This document shows, piece by piece, positions 1 to 8,037 of a stretch of DNA of 31,263 bases. The position numbers and the translations under genes are program-made. Source of the DNA: a virus. Its lineage: Duplodnaviria; Heunggongvirae; Uroviricota; Caudoviricetes. Position 1 is the stretch's first letter, and each line of letters starts with the position of its first letter. The DNA is taken from positions 1 to 31,263 of the IMG/VR virus record IMGVR_UViG_2654587588_000015; one strand, given 5' to 3'. The notes under the pieces are model-generated. The model did not search any database, was not told where the DNA came from, and saw nothing but the letters and a program-made list of their open reading frames with translations.

Positions 1-264
1 ATGGCAACTTTGACAAAAAAAGAACGGGCATGGTTGAACGAATTACAGGAAGTTCTTGATCGCTGTCCATCACCGAAAAAAATTGGCTTTTACACCATTG
101 GCGATAAAAGCATTTACCTGTATGACCTACGCCGCATGGATGAAATCATGGAGGCTCTTGATAATCGTTCGTCGATGGATTGGTGTGTTGCTGTTCATGA
201 TATGAATGCAGGGTTTGATGAAAAGATTTTGTTCCCCTCATCAGTTGAAAGCACTGCGGGTTAA
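1..264 (+). CDS. Hypothetical prophage early-region protein (87 aa)
   Basis: ORF from ATG at position 1 to TAA 262-264; may be 5'-truncated by the window edge; no motif recognised. Confidence 0.4.
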   Translation: MATLTKKERAWLNELQEVLDRCPSPKKIGFYTIGDKSIYLYDLRRMDEIMEALDNRSSMDWCVAVHDMNAGFDEKILFPSSVESTAG

Positions 265-274
265 GGAGTAACAC

Positions 275-418
275 ATGACCACTATTACCAAAGAACGTAT
301 TGAATTGTTCATTAAATTTTCAGGAGGCGGTACTGTGAGTGAAATTAGCTATCAGGCTTCAATTACCGCTGGCATTCGCATCAAAGGAGAGGAGCATGGA
401 AATAAAACCAGAGGATGA
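275..418 (+). CDS. Small hypothetical protein (47 aa)
   Basis: ATG at 275 preceded by AAGGAG 7 nt upstream; overlaps the 5' end of the next ORF in another frame. Confidence 0.3.
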   Translation: MTTITKERIELFIKFSGGGTVSEISYQASITAGIRIKGEEHGNKTRG

Positions 419-752
419 GTTAAGCAATATCGTTTTATTTCCGGTAAAAGAGGATGACCCTCGTAATCAGGTTAATTTTCTTTATGAGCCATCGGAAAGA
501 CCATATTGTCATCACGCCTCTGTCCGGGTTGACGAAAAAGAGCGTCAGGTCCGCTGTAAAATCTGCGGTGCAGTTGTGGAACCATTTGACTGGATGCTCT
601 CTGTGGCGAAAAGAGAAACCAGACTGGCAGATGATGTAAGGCTCTTGCGTCAGGAGGAGCGGGAAAGGCGAAAAAATATAGAAAAGCTAATTCAGATTGA
701 GCGTAACGTGAAAGCGCGGATACGCAGGGCGACAAAATCCAGAACTGAATAA
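396..752 (+). CDS. Hypothetical protein with Cys/His cluster (CHH...CKIC), possible zinc-ribbon
   Basis: ATG at 396 preceded by GGAGAGGAG; in-frame GTG at 339 is an alternative start; basic C-terminal tail. Confidence 0.5.
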   Translation: MEIKPEDELSNIVLFPVKEDDPRNQVNFLYEPSERPYCHHASVRVDEKERQVRCKICGAVVEPFDWMLSVAKRETRLADDVRLLRQEERERRKNIEKLIQIERNVKARIRRATKSRTE

Positions 753-846
753 TTAAATTTAGCTCTGTTAAAAATTAAATCCTTAACCGGAGGGATTTCT
801 GCACCCTCAGAACATCAGGAGGCCGCCTGAAAGGGCGGTAATAAAA

Positions 847-1263
847 ATGACTGAATTAACAAAAGAACAATTAATCGAAGAAGCCAAATTAAAAATAGCG
901 ATTACGAAATGCCACCCCAATTCAGGGGTGGCGCGAGTAGAGGGCGAGTTATTCAAAATTGCACTGGCATCGCTGGAAGCAGAGCCGATAGCGTGGCGAT
1001 ATCGCTACGTGAAAAAAGGTGTTATGGACTCTCAGGGGGAGTTGTGGGTTGGTGACTGGAAATATGTACCGAAAAAAGAGGATTGTAACGACAGGCCGAA
1101 CTATGAAATTCAGGCCTTATTCACTGCCCCACCAGTTCCGGTTACATCAGAAGAACTGGTTAAAGCTGTGCACTTTTATGAACAACTAAAACGCGAAAAT
1201 CCACCAGCATCCGGCAACCAGATTAATGGGTTAACTATGCCGGTTAAACGACCAGCCGACTGA
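847..1263 (+). CDS. Hypothetical prophage protein (138 aa)
   Basis: Long ORF with RBS-like AGGAGG upstream; hairpin CCGCC-TGAAAG-GGCGG just 5' of start. Confidence 0.55.
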   Translation: MTELTKEQLIEEAKLKIAITKCHPNSGVARVEGELFKIALASLEAEPIAWRYRYVKKGVMDSQGELWVGDWKYVPKKEDCNDRPNYEIQALFTAPPVPVTSEELVKAVHFYEQLKRENPPASGNQINGLTMPVKRPAD

Positions 1264-1474
1264 AAAACGGAAACCTGATTACAGATTCCCAGATAAGGCA
1301 ATGAGCTACCTGGCGTAGAGTGGGCTGATAAGTATGGGGAATGTTTTACGATGAATATTTAGACTAAAGAGTTTGTAACGCTATGTAAGTGATTTTTTCT
1401 GGTTTAGATATTTATATGTCCGGCTAAATTGAGGTGTGTTTAAATGTTATTGCACATTGATTGTAGGGGGAATA

Positions 1475-1654
1475 ATGAAAAACGCATTGCAGTTTTTGTT
1501 TGTTGCGTTCTGGTTGTTCGCATCATGTATGCCCATCATCTTCACAGCAAGGTATATGGAAAAAATTGATGTTTTGATATTAATGTTTGGACATATAAAT
1601 GTCCTTTTTTTAGGGGTGTTCATGGCGGTCACGTGCATTGAATACTGGCGGTAA
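1475..1654 (+). CDS. Small hydrophobic membrane peptide (59 aa)
   Basis: ATG 1475 preceded by GGGGGAATA RBS; two hydrophobic stretches; AT-rich local composition. Confidence 0.4.
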   Translation: MKNALQFLFVAFWLFASCMPIIFTARYMEKIDVLILMFGHINVLFLGVFMAVTCIEYWR

Positions 1655-1856
1655 ATACAGCGAACGCTATTGGTTTAGTTGGATATTTACTGTGCCGGAC
1701 AAAAACGGTTTGCAGGGAAATCTTAGTTAAGTAGAATGACTGTGGGTGCTTGAGGCTATCTGTCTCAGGCATGAACACCAAAAGGCAGATAGAGAAAAGC
1801 CCCAGTTAACATTACGCGTCCGGCAAGACGCTTAACATTAATCTGAGGCCATATCT

Positions 1857-1916
1857 ATGCGACACATAGAGATTAGCCTCTTACGGACCGAAAGGTCAAG
1901 GAGAAGCAGGCTATGA
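1857..1916 (+). promoter_or_regulatory. Short leader ORF (19 codons) whose TGA overlaps the hok ATG (ATGA), mok-like translational coupling element
   Basis: ATG 1857, in-frame stop at 1914-1916 overlapping hok start 1913-1915. Confidence 0.35.
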
Positions 1917-2068
1917 AGCAGCAAAAGGCGATGTTAATCGCCCTGATCGCCATCTGTTTAACCGTCATAGTGACGGCACTGGTAACGAGGAAAGACCTCT
2001 GCGAGGTACGAATCCGAACCGGCCAGATGGAGGTCGCTGTCTTCGTAGCCTACGAATCTGAGAAGTAA
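1913..2068 (+). CDS. hok: Hok/Gef-family type I toxin (51 aa)
   Basis: Translation MKQQKAMLIALIAICLTVIVTALVTRKDLCEVRIRTGQMEVAVFVAYESEK closely matches recalled HokC/Gef; below the ORF-track length cutoff. Confidence 0.85.
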   Translation: MKQQKAMLIALIAICLTVIVTALVTRKDLCEVRIRTGQMEVAVFVAYESEK

Positions 2069-2135
2069 GAGACCAGGCGAGGGGTAATCCCTCGCCACCT
2101 CTCATGTGTCAGGCATCCTCAACGCACCCGCACTA

Positions 2136-2158
2136 AACCCGCTTCGGCGGGTTTTTTG
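2136..2158 (+). terminator. Rho-independent terminator at 3' end of hok mRNA
   Basis: ACCCGC-TTCG-GCGGGT hairpin followed by T6. Confidence 0.7.
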
Positions 2159-2192
2159 TTGCGTGCTGAATACGTAGGGTGAAAAATAACCA

Positions 2193-2259
2193 TATATTTG
2201 ATTATATACACAACACAAAATAAAAGTCATTGTACCTGCACATTAAATAATCAAATATA
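2193..2259. repeat. Pair of perfect 13-bp inverted repeats (TATATTTGATTAT / ATAATCAAATATA) separated by 41 bp
   Basis: Read directly at 2193-2205 and 2247-2259 in an AT-rich region upstream of the 2343 ORF. Confidence 0.5.
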
Positions 2260-2342
2260 CGACGTGAAATAAATATTTTTCAGATTAATATTTTTGTCTC
2301 TATGTGGATATAACCGTTTGTACTTATAAACCTGGAGGCATC

Positions 2343-2555
2343 GTGGAAAAAATAAAGAAACTATTTAGTAGCAAATATGCAGTCATACGTCGTGATGACC
2401 TGTCAGTTATAGTCGAAATGGATTACTTCCCTGAAACTAAAAAATCAATGATGTATCGTAATGGTCGAAAGGCAATTTTTTTACCGATGAGGGTAAGTGA
2501 CATTATGGGAAATGATAAACTGCTGGATGAATTGCGAGTCAGAGCATCCTGTTAG
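2343..2555 (+). CDS. Small hypothetical protein (70 aa)
   Basis: GTG 2343 preceded by GGAGG; the ORF track starts at an upstream GTG 2304; AT-rich. Confidence 0.4.
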   Translation: MEKIKKLFSSKYAVIRRDDLSVIVEMDYFPETKKSMMYRNGRKAIFLPMRVSDIMGNDKLLDELRVRASC

Positions 2556-2626
2556 TATTGGCATTAATTCTGGTATACTACATAACGGGCTGAACACCCA
2601 TTCTACTGCGCCAGCGGAGAACTACG

Positions 2627-3226
2627 ATGGCGCATATACAACTGGTCAAACAAACCTCTTCCGGATTACTTCTCCCGGCGACGCCGGAGAGTTGCGATTT
2701 TTTGCATCAAATAAAAATAGGCGAGTGGATACACGCAGACTTTAAGCGTGTGCGTAACTACGCATTCCACAAGCGTTTTTTCAAACTCCTGCAATTGGGA
2801 TTCGATTACTGGACTCCGGTCGGTGGGGCGATCACGCCTCGCGAACGAGAACTGCTGTCTGGTTTCGTTGATTACCTGTGTGAATCAGTAGGTCGGGAAC
2901 ACACACCAGCCCTGAGTGATGCCGCAGAGCAATATCTAAATACAGTTGCGACACGCAGAACCCGGGATACGGCATTGCTAAAGTCGTTTGAGGCTTTCCG
3001 CGAGTGGGTAACCATTCAGGCCGGATTTTACACCGAGCATCTTTATCCTGATGGTAGTCGTGGGCGTCGGGCAAAATCTATCGCATTTGCGAACATGGAC
3101 GAAACCGTGTTTCAGCAGGTTTATAAATCTGTACTGAATGTGCTGTGGAACTGGATCCTGTTCCGTAAATTTTCCTCTCCGGAGGAAGTCGAAAATGTGG
3201 CCGTGCAGCTGCTGGAGTTTGCGTAA
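2627..3226 (+). CDS. Lambdoid nin-region protein, DUF1367-like (199 aa)
   Basis: ORF with GGAGA RBS; family assignment from memory of lambdoid DUF1367/YbcN-like proteins, not verified. Confidence 0.6.
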   Translation: MAHIQLVKQTSSGLLLPATPESCDFLHQIKIGEWIHADFKRVRNYAFHKRFFKLLQLGFDYWTPVGGAITPRERELLSGFVDYLCESVGREHTPALSDAAEQYLNTVATRRTRDTALLKSFEAFREWVTIQAGFYTEHLYPDGSRGRRAKSIAFANMDETVFQQVYKSVLNVLWNWILFRKFSSPEEVENVAVQLLEFA

Positions 3227-3516
3227 TGGTGGATTTACGTAAAGCGGCGCGGGGCCAGATGTGCCAGGTCAGAATCCCTGGCTACTGCAATCACAATCCC
3301 GAAACGTCTGTGCTGGCGCATTACCGACTGGCGGGAACGTGCGGAACGGCGATAAAGCCACACGATATGCAGGCAGCGATTGCCTGTAGCTCGTGCCACG
3401 ATTTAATCGACGGGCGGGTAAAAACCAGCGATTACACCAAAGAAGAATTACGCCTGATGCACGCAGAAGGTGTTTTTCGCACACAAGAAATCTGGAGAAA
3501 GGAAGGTTATTTATGA
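3226..3516 (+). CDS. YbcO-like (DUF1364) Cys-rich putative nuclease (96 aa)
   Basis: Start overlaps the upstream stop; multiple Cys/His; sits in the nin region before Q. Confidence 0.6.
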   Translation: MVDLRKAARGQMCQVRIPGYCNHNPETSVLAHYRLAGTCGTAIKPHDMQAAIACSSCHDLIDGRVKTSDYTKEELRLMHAEGVFRTQEIWRKEGYL

Positions 3517-4067
3517 TTTACCCAACGAATACAGGAAAAAGCGGAGAACACCTTCGTCTCACCACGCTGGAAAGTGTCTGGATTCAGGGAAAACTGCGTA
3601 TGTGGGGGCGCTGGTCGTATATTGGTGGCGGTAAGACGGGGAATATGTTCAACCAGTTGTTGACCTCTAAAAAGCTGACAAAAACGGAAATTAACGAGGC
3701 GCTCCGCAGGATGAAAAAAGCAGGTCTGGACAAACCTGAACTTGAGGCTTTTTTGCGGGGTATGATTAACGGCAAGCAAAAGAGCTGGCTGGCACATTGT
3801 ACCGATTCAGAGGCATTAATAATCGACAGGGTTATTGGCGAAGTACTGGCAGAACACCCAGGATTGATTTGTATCCTCCAGCAACGATATGAAGGGAGTG
3901 GGATGACTAAGCGAAAAATGGCTGAATTGCTGAATGATTCACACCCTGAGTGGTGTTACGCCACGTGCCGTAATCGCATAGATGCGTGGTTGAAAATGGC
4001 AGAGTTTATGCTCTATCTGCCGATGCGTGATGCATTCTCTTCCGGGGATTTAAAAACTGTCTGTTGA
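3513..4067 (+). CDS. Late-gene antitermination protein Q-like
   Basis: ATG 3513 overlaps upstream stop (ATGA); gene is immediately followed by a promoter-like element and terminator, upstream of the lysis genes. Confidence 0.6.
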   Translation: MIYPTNTGKSGEHLRLTTLESVWIQGKLRMWGRWSYIGGGKTGNMFNQLLTSKKLTKTEINEALRRMKKAGLDKPELEAFLRGMINGKQKSWLAHCTDSEALIIDRVIGEVLAEHPGLICILQQRYEGSGMTKRKMAELLNDSHPEWCYATCRNRIDAWLKMAEFMLYLPMRDAFSSGDLKTVC

Positions 4068-4093
4068 CTCAATCTGTTATCCGGGGCTATATT
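4064..4093 (+). promoter_or_regulatory. pR'-like late promoter candidate (TTGACT, 18-bp spacer, TATATT)
   Basis: TTGACT at 4064-4069 overlapping the Q stop; TATATT at 4088-4093. Confidence 0.4.
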
Positions 4094-4153
4094 TCCGAAG
4101 CGCCAGCAAAATCTGGCGTCGGGATTGGAACCCCGGATATCGAAACGGTGCAT

Positions 4154-4173
4154 ACCGCGCTGGCGGTTTTTTT
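4154..4173 (+). terminator. tR'-like rho-independent terminator
   Basis: CCGC-GCTG-GCGG hairpin followed by T7. Confidence 0.55.
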
Positions 4174-4336
4174 ATGCGCTAAGCACAGTCACATTCGCGA
4201 TTTATGGCGGGCTGTGTGGGGGCACCGAAAGGTGCACCGGATGTTTCGACCGGTAGTTCCAACCCTGCACAGTTCGCCACCCGATGATTGGAACCTGAAG
4301 GTGGTGAGGTAAAAATTATCGAAACGCGAGGTCGTT

Positions 4337-4900
4337 ATGACTGTTCAAGTTGCTGTCAAAAACCTTTCCCCTGTCACTTATAACCAGATTCCTGTAATCA
4401 CAACTGAGTTACTCGCCCGCCTTTACGGAACAGAAGCAATCCGTATACAGCAGAATCACCATAAAAATAAATCTCGATTTATTGAGGGAAAACACTTCTT
4501 TAAAGCTGTTGGTGATGAGCTCAAAAATTTGCGACTAGTTTTAAACGAGTCGCAAAATGAGGTGAAAATTTCTCCAAAAACCCGCTCCCTCATCCTCTGG
4601 ACAGAACGCGGCGCAGCCCGTCATGCCAAAATGCTCGAAACCGATCAGGCGTGGGATGTGTTCGAAAGACTGGAAGACTGCTATTTCAGACAAAAGGATC
4701 CGTCAGCGCCAGTTTCATGCCAGAAAAGTTACGACACGCGAGTTCTCTGTTATCAGCAAGGCGGTGTCACTGTTTCCACAATTCAGTTGCGGGATGATGA
4801 TATTGTTATTTCCCTTGAGTCATGGCTGGAACTGGCGAGAGCCAATGGTTGGTTTGTTGTTCGCAGAGATAAACTGGTGGAAAGGCTGATGCAGCTTTAA
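4337..4900 (+). CDS. ORF6N/KilA-N-like putative antirepressor or DNA-binding protein (187 aa)
   Basis: N-terminal region resembles recalled ORF6N-type domains; followed by its own terminator. Confidence 0.5.
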   Translation: MTVQVAVKNLSPVTYNQIPVITTELLARLYGTEAIRIQQNHHKNKSRFIEGKHFFKAVGDELKNLRLVLNESQNEVKISPKTRSLILWTERGAARHAKMLETDQAWDVFERLEDCYFRQKDPSAPVSCQKSYDTRVLCYQQGGVTVSTIQLRDDDIVISLESWLELARANGWFVVRRDKLVERLMQL

Positions 4901-4995
4901 AAAAGTTCTTGCAATTTTAGCCATAAACTGCTTCAATTCCAGTACGCTTCGCAAAGCTGTATCGCGAGGCGAATCAAGCGCATGAACTTTACCAG

Positions 4996-5024
4996 AACCC
5001 GCCATTGAGCGGGTTTTGTTGTTT
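4996..5024 (+). terminator. Rho-independent terminator
   Basis: CCCGC-CATTGA-GCGGG hairpin followed by TTTTGTTGTTT. Confidence 0.55.
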
Positions 5025-5037
5025 CTGGAGAACACCC

Positions 5038-5268
5038 ATGAAATTTTATGAATTATCTTCTGATTCCCGATCTCAGGCCAAAATCACACTGGGTCAGTTC
5101 ATTGTGGCTCGGGCTAACCCGGGGGTGGATGATTTTGAAAATTTGGGGCATTGCATCGCTGCCGCGTTTATTGCGATGGAGCGCTATGAAAGCGCCCCTG
5201 AGGTTGGTGAGGGGCGTAGCGGGAACGGAATACCCGTTAATGGCGATCAAAACTCACTTCTTGATTAA
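5038..5268 (+). CDS. Small hypothetical protein (76 aa)
   Basis: ATG 5038 with GGAGA upstream; 3' end overlaps the convergent minus-strand gene. Confidence 0.35.
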   Translation: MKFYELSSDSRSQAKITLGQFIVARANPGVDDFENLGHCIAAAFIAMERYESAPEVGEGRSGNGIPVNGDQNSLLD

Positions 5269-5532
5269 ATGCCATGAGCGATCTGCCGCTTGAGTGACTA
5301 GCACCCGAGGGTTCTTTTTTATTGTCCCAGCGATGGCTACAACTTCTTCTCGGACTGCGCGAGCAGATGCGTTTTTTTCGGCTGTGTACTCAGCGTCTGG
5401 AAGATAAAACCAGTTTCCTGCTCCATCTTGAATTTCGCGAAAGTATCTTCGGGATTCCATCGCCTCATGAAGGCGAGCGTAGTCATCGGATGATGCACCC
5501 ACAAGCTCAACGCGGACAGTAAAACTAGCCAT
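5254..5532 (-). CDS. Hypothetical protein (92 aa), opposite strand to the late operon
   Basis: ATG preceded by AAGGAG at 6-nt spacing on the minus strand; longer track ORF trimmed to this start. Confidence 0.55.
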   Translation of the reverse strand: MASFTVRVELVGASSDDYARLHEAMESRRYFREIQDGAGNWFYLPDAEYTAEKNASARAVREEVVAIAGTIKKNPRVLVTQAADRSWHLIKK

Positions 5533-5749
5533 ATATACTCCTTTAATTGATATGGTTACTTTTGGCGATTTAACGATATCAAACACGAGGATATACCGCC
5601 AGAAGCTTAATCTGGTACTCCATCTGGCCCTGGCATGTCCCGGGGCTTTTTCGTTGTTAGGCTCCGGAAACATCCTCGACTTCTTGTGAGCAAGCCAGAG
5701 AGCCTGAATCTTACATTTAGCACCATCCGAACTTTCGGAGGTGAGGCTT

Positions 5750-6091
5750 ATGAAAATGCACAATGTCCCTCATTCCTGGCCTGACTTACTGGAACTCTTA
5801 CAAAGTTGGTGGCGTGGAGATACGCCGCTGGGTGCAGTGGTTATGTCAATTATTATGGCTGGTTTGCGCATTGCCTATTTTGGCGGTGGCGGCGGCTGGA
5901 AACGAAAAACGCTTGAGATTCTGCTTTGTGGTGCTCTGACGCTGACCTTTGCATCCGCGCTTGAGTATGTCGGATGGCCTAAATCACTTTCTGTTGCCAT
6001 TGGTGGTGGGGTGGGGCTGATTGGTGTTGATGCTATTCGTGGTGCGGCAATGAGGGTCATCGGTAACAAGTTCGGTGCCCATAAGGAGTAA
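5750..6091 (+). CDS. S: Lambda S-like class I holin with M-K-M dual-start motif
   Basis: MKMHNV N-terminus (ATG 5750 and ATG 5756) after GGAGGTGAGG RBS; hydrophobic segments; C-terminal region resembles lambda S. Confidence 0.8.
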   Translation: MKMHNVPHSWPDLLELLQSWWRGDTPLGAVVMSIIMAGLRIAYFGGGGGWKRKTLEILLCGALTLTFASALEYVGWPKSLSVAIGGGVGLIGVDAIRGAAMRVIGNKFGAHKE

Positions 6092-6094
6092 TTA

Positions 6095-6571
6095 ATGCAG
6101 ACACTTAATTCCCAGCGTAAAGCTTTCCTTGATATGGTGGCATGGTCAGAAGGAACGGATAACGGGCGACAACCGACACGTAACCACGGTTATGATGTTA
6201 TTGTTGGTGGCGAACTGTTCACTGATTACTCCGATCACCCTCGCAAACTTGTCACGCTAAATCCGAAACTCAAATCAACAGCCGCCGGACGTTACCAGCT
6301 TCTTTCACGCTGGTGGGATGCCTACCGCAAGCAGCTTGGCCTGAAAGACTTCTCTCCGAAAAGCCAGGACGCTGTTGCACTGCAGCAGATTAAGGAGCGT
6401 GGCGCTTTGCCGATGATTGATCGCGGTGATATCCGTCAGGCTATCGACCGTTGCAGCAATATCTGGGCTTCACTGCCGGGGGCTGGTTATGGTCAGTTCG
6501 AGCATAAGGCTGACAGCCTGATTGCAAAATTCAAAGAAGCAGGCGGAACGGTCAGAGATATTGAGGTATGA
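6095..6571 (+). CDS. R: Endolysin, lambda R-like lytic transglycosylase
   Basis: Protein nearly identical to recalled lambda R ([22 protein letters not shown]...); RBS AAGGAG. Confidence 0.93.
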   Translation: MQTLNSQRKAFLDMVAWSEGTDNGRQPTRNHGYDVIVGGELFTDYSDHPRKLVTLNPKLKSTAAGRYQLLSRWWDAYRKQLGLKDFSPKSQDAVALQQIKERGALPMIDRGDIRQAIDRCSNIWASLPGAGYGQFEHKADSLIAKFKEAGGTVRDIEV

Positions 6572-7005
6572 GCAGAGTAACCGCGATTATCTCCGCTCTG
6601 GTTATCTGCATCATCGTCTGCCTGTCATGGGCTGTTAATCATTACCGTGATAACGCCATCGCCTACAAAGAGCAGCGCGACAAGGCCGCATCCATCATCG
6701 CTGATATGCAGAAGCGGCAACATGATGTAGCAGAACTCGACGCCAGATACACAAAGGAGCTTGCTGATGCTAATGCGACTATCGAAAGTCTCCGTGCTGA
6801 TGTTTCTGCTGGTCGTAAGCGCCTGCAAGTCGCCGCCACCTGTGCAAAGTCAACGACCGGAGCCAGCGGCATGGGCGATGGAGAAAGCCCAGGACTTACA
6901 GCAGATGCTGAACTCAATTATTACCGTCTCAGAAGTGGAATCGACAGGATAACCGCGCAGGTTAACTACCTGCAGGAATACATCAGGACGCAATGCCTGA
7001 AATGA
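6568..7005 (+). CDS. Rz: i-spanin Rz
   Basis: Start overlaps R stop (ATGA); N-terminal TM segment; high similarity to recalled lambda Rz. Confidence 0.85.
   Translation: MSRVTAIISALVICIIVCLSWAVNHYRDNAIAYKEQRDKAASIIADMQKRQHDVAELDARYTKELADANATIESLRADVSAGRKRLQVAATCAKSTTGASGMGDGESPGLTADAELNYYRLRSGIDRITAQVNYLQEYIRTQCLK
6761..6952 (+). CDS. Rz1: o-spanin Rz1 lipoprotein, embedded in the +1 frame of Rz
   Basis: Signal peptide with lipobox LVVSAC, proline-rich mature part; wholly inside Rz. Confidence 0.75.
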   Translation: MLMLMRLSKVSVLMFLLVVSACKSPPPVQSQRPEPAAWAMEKAQDLQQMLNSIITVSEVESTG

Positions 7006-7040
7006 TCGGGCGATGAAAACCAAAAAAACAGGAGCAATAC

Positions 7041-7316
7041 ATGACTAAGCTTTATCACCGCATCTCAGCTTTTCTCTCTGGGTGCTGGGCGTTTATCACG
7101 TCTATTTCGTTCGCCATCTTTAGTTTCGGTAGCACAGCATGCTCGCTTAGTCGGGGTCTGTGGCGTGCTATTTCAGCACTAGCGCCGAAATTTTTACCTG
7201 AAAAGGCTGTTTGGCGAATTGTAGAGCGAATGTGTAGTGAGAGCGTTCGCGAGAAGATTAACGTATTTGGACGTCATCCTCGAAATACAGGCGCATTGTG
7301 CAGTTCGTTACTGTAG
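7041..7316 (+). CDS. Hypothetical small protein (91 aa), doubtful
   Basis: RBS-like AGGAG upstream, but the amino-acid composition looks atypical. Confidence 0.3.
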   Translation: MTKLYHRISAFLSGCWAFITSISFAIFSFGSTACSLSRGLWRAISALAPKFLPEKAVWRIVERMCSESVREKINVFGRHPRNTGALCSSLL

Positions 7317-7605
7317 TCATTACAAAGCCTATCTACGGGTGGGCTTGATAATGAAACCGGAATTTATTCTGGTCACTAATTAACGGCAGTACAGCGAAAC
7401 AACCCAAGCCAGTAAGTGGGGAAATAACACTGGCAGCCACTGAAAGATGAACCTCCTGCCTTATGGCAAAAAAGATTCTTTGTGGTGGCGGACTGATGGA
7501 AAGACATCGGTTATTGCAGAGACCATTCAATGAGTGGTCTCGACAATGGCTTATATCCTGCTAAGAGTGATTAACTGGGTGGCAAAAGTTCACCACCAAC
7601 ATCAA

Positions 7606-8037
7606 TTAGATTAAATTATTTCGATAAGCAGAATCGATTAGAGCGTTCATAAAGAGATACTCAACATCTTCGGTATAGTCGATGTCTATTGGAGCTGTTG
7701 AGTCAAGCGCCCCAAAATGCATGCAATTGTTCCAATCAAGAAAAATTTTATGAAACTCCTGTTTTTTTCCATCTCGCGATGTGTAAAAAGTAATAACCCC
7801 AATTAATGAGCCTTCGTGAAGTGAAAGCTTACTTTCTGTAAAACACTTAAAGCGTAGCTGTGGAATTGAAACCTCAAGCTCTCCATCATTTAGCTCTATG
7901 GAAATTTGCTTATTAAGGTCTCGTTTGTTATTCCATGCGGTGTTAACACGTTCTAATAAATCATTCGTATTTTGCTGTAATAACTCACCTTTCCTAGAAA
8001 GTAACTGTGACAATCCGATAAACGTTAATGAGCTCAT
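7606..8037 (-). CDS. Hypothetical AT-rich cargo protein (143 aa), no TM segment, function unknown
   Basis: Minus-strand ORF, ATG 8037 with AAAGGTGA upstream; low GC relative to flanks; divergent from terS. Confidence 0.55.
   Translation of the reverse strand: MSSLTFIGLSQLLSRKGELLQQNTNDLLERVNTAWNNKRDLNKQISIELNDGELEVSIPQLRFKCFTESKLSLHEGSLIGVITFYTSRDGKKQEFHKIFLDWNNCMHFGALDSTAPIDIDYTEDVEYLFMNALIDSAYRNNLI

Noticed and set aside
454-735. ORFs 454..639 (+) and 472..735 (-)
   Set aside because: Alternative-frame and antisense shadows inside the better-supported 396..752 gene; no RBS support.
4064-4312. 82-aa ORF 4064..4312 (+)
   Set aside because: Spans the pR'-like promoter and the tR'-like terminator; more likely non-coding leader sequence.
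7333-7530. 65-aa minus-strand ORF
   Set aside because: No RBS and implausible composition; the region is treated as non-coding, possibly regulatory or cos-containing.
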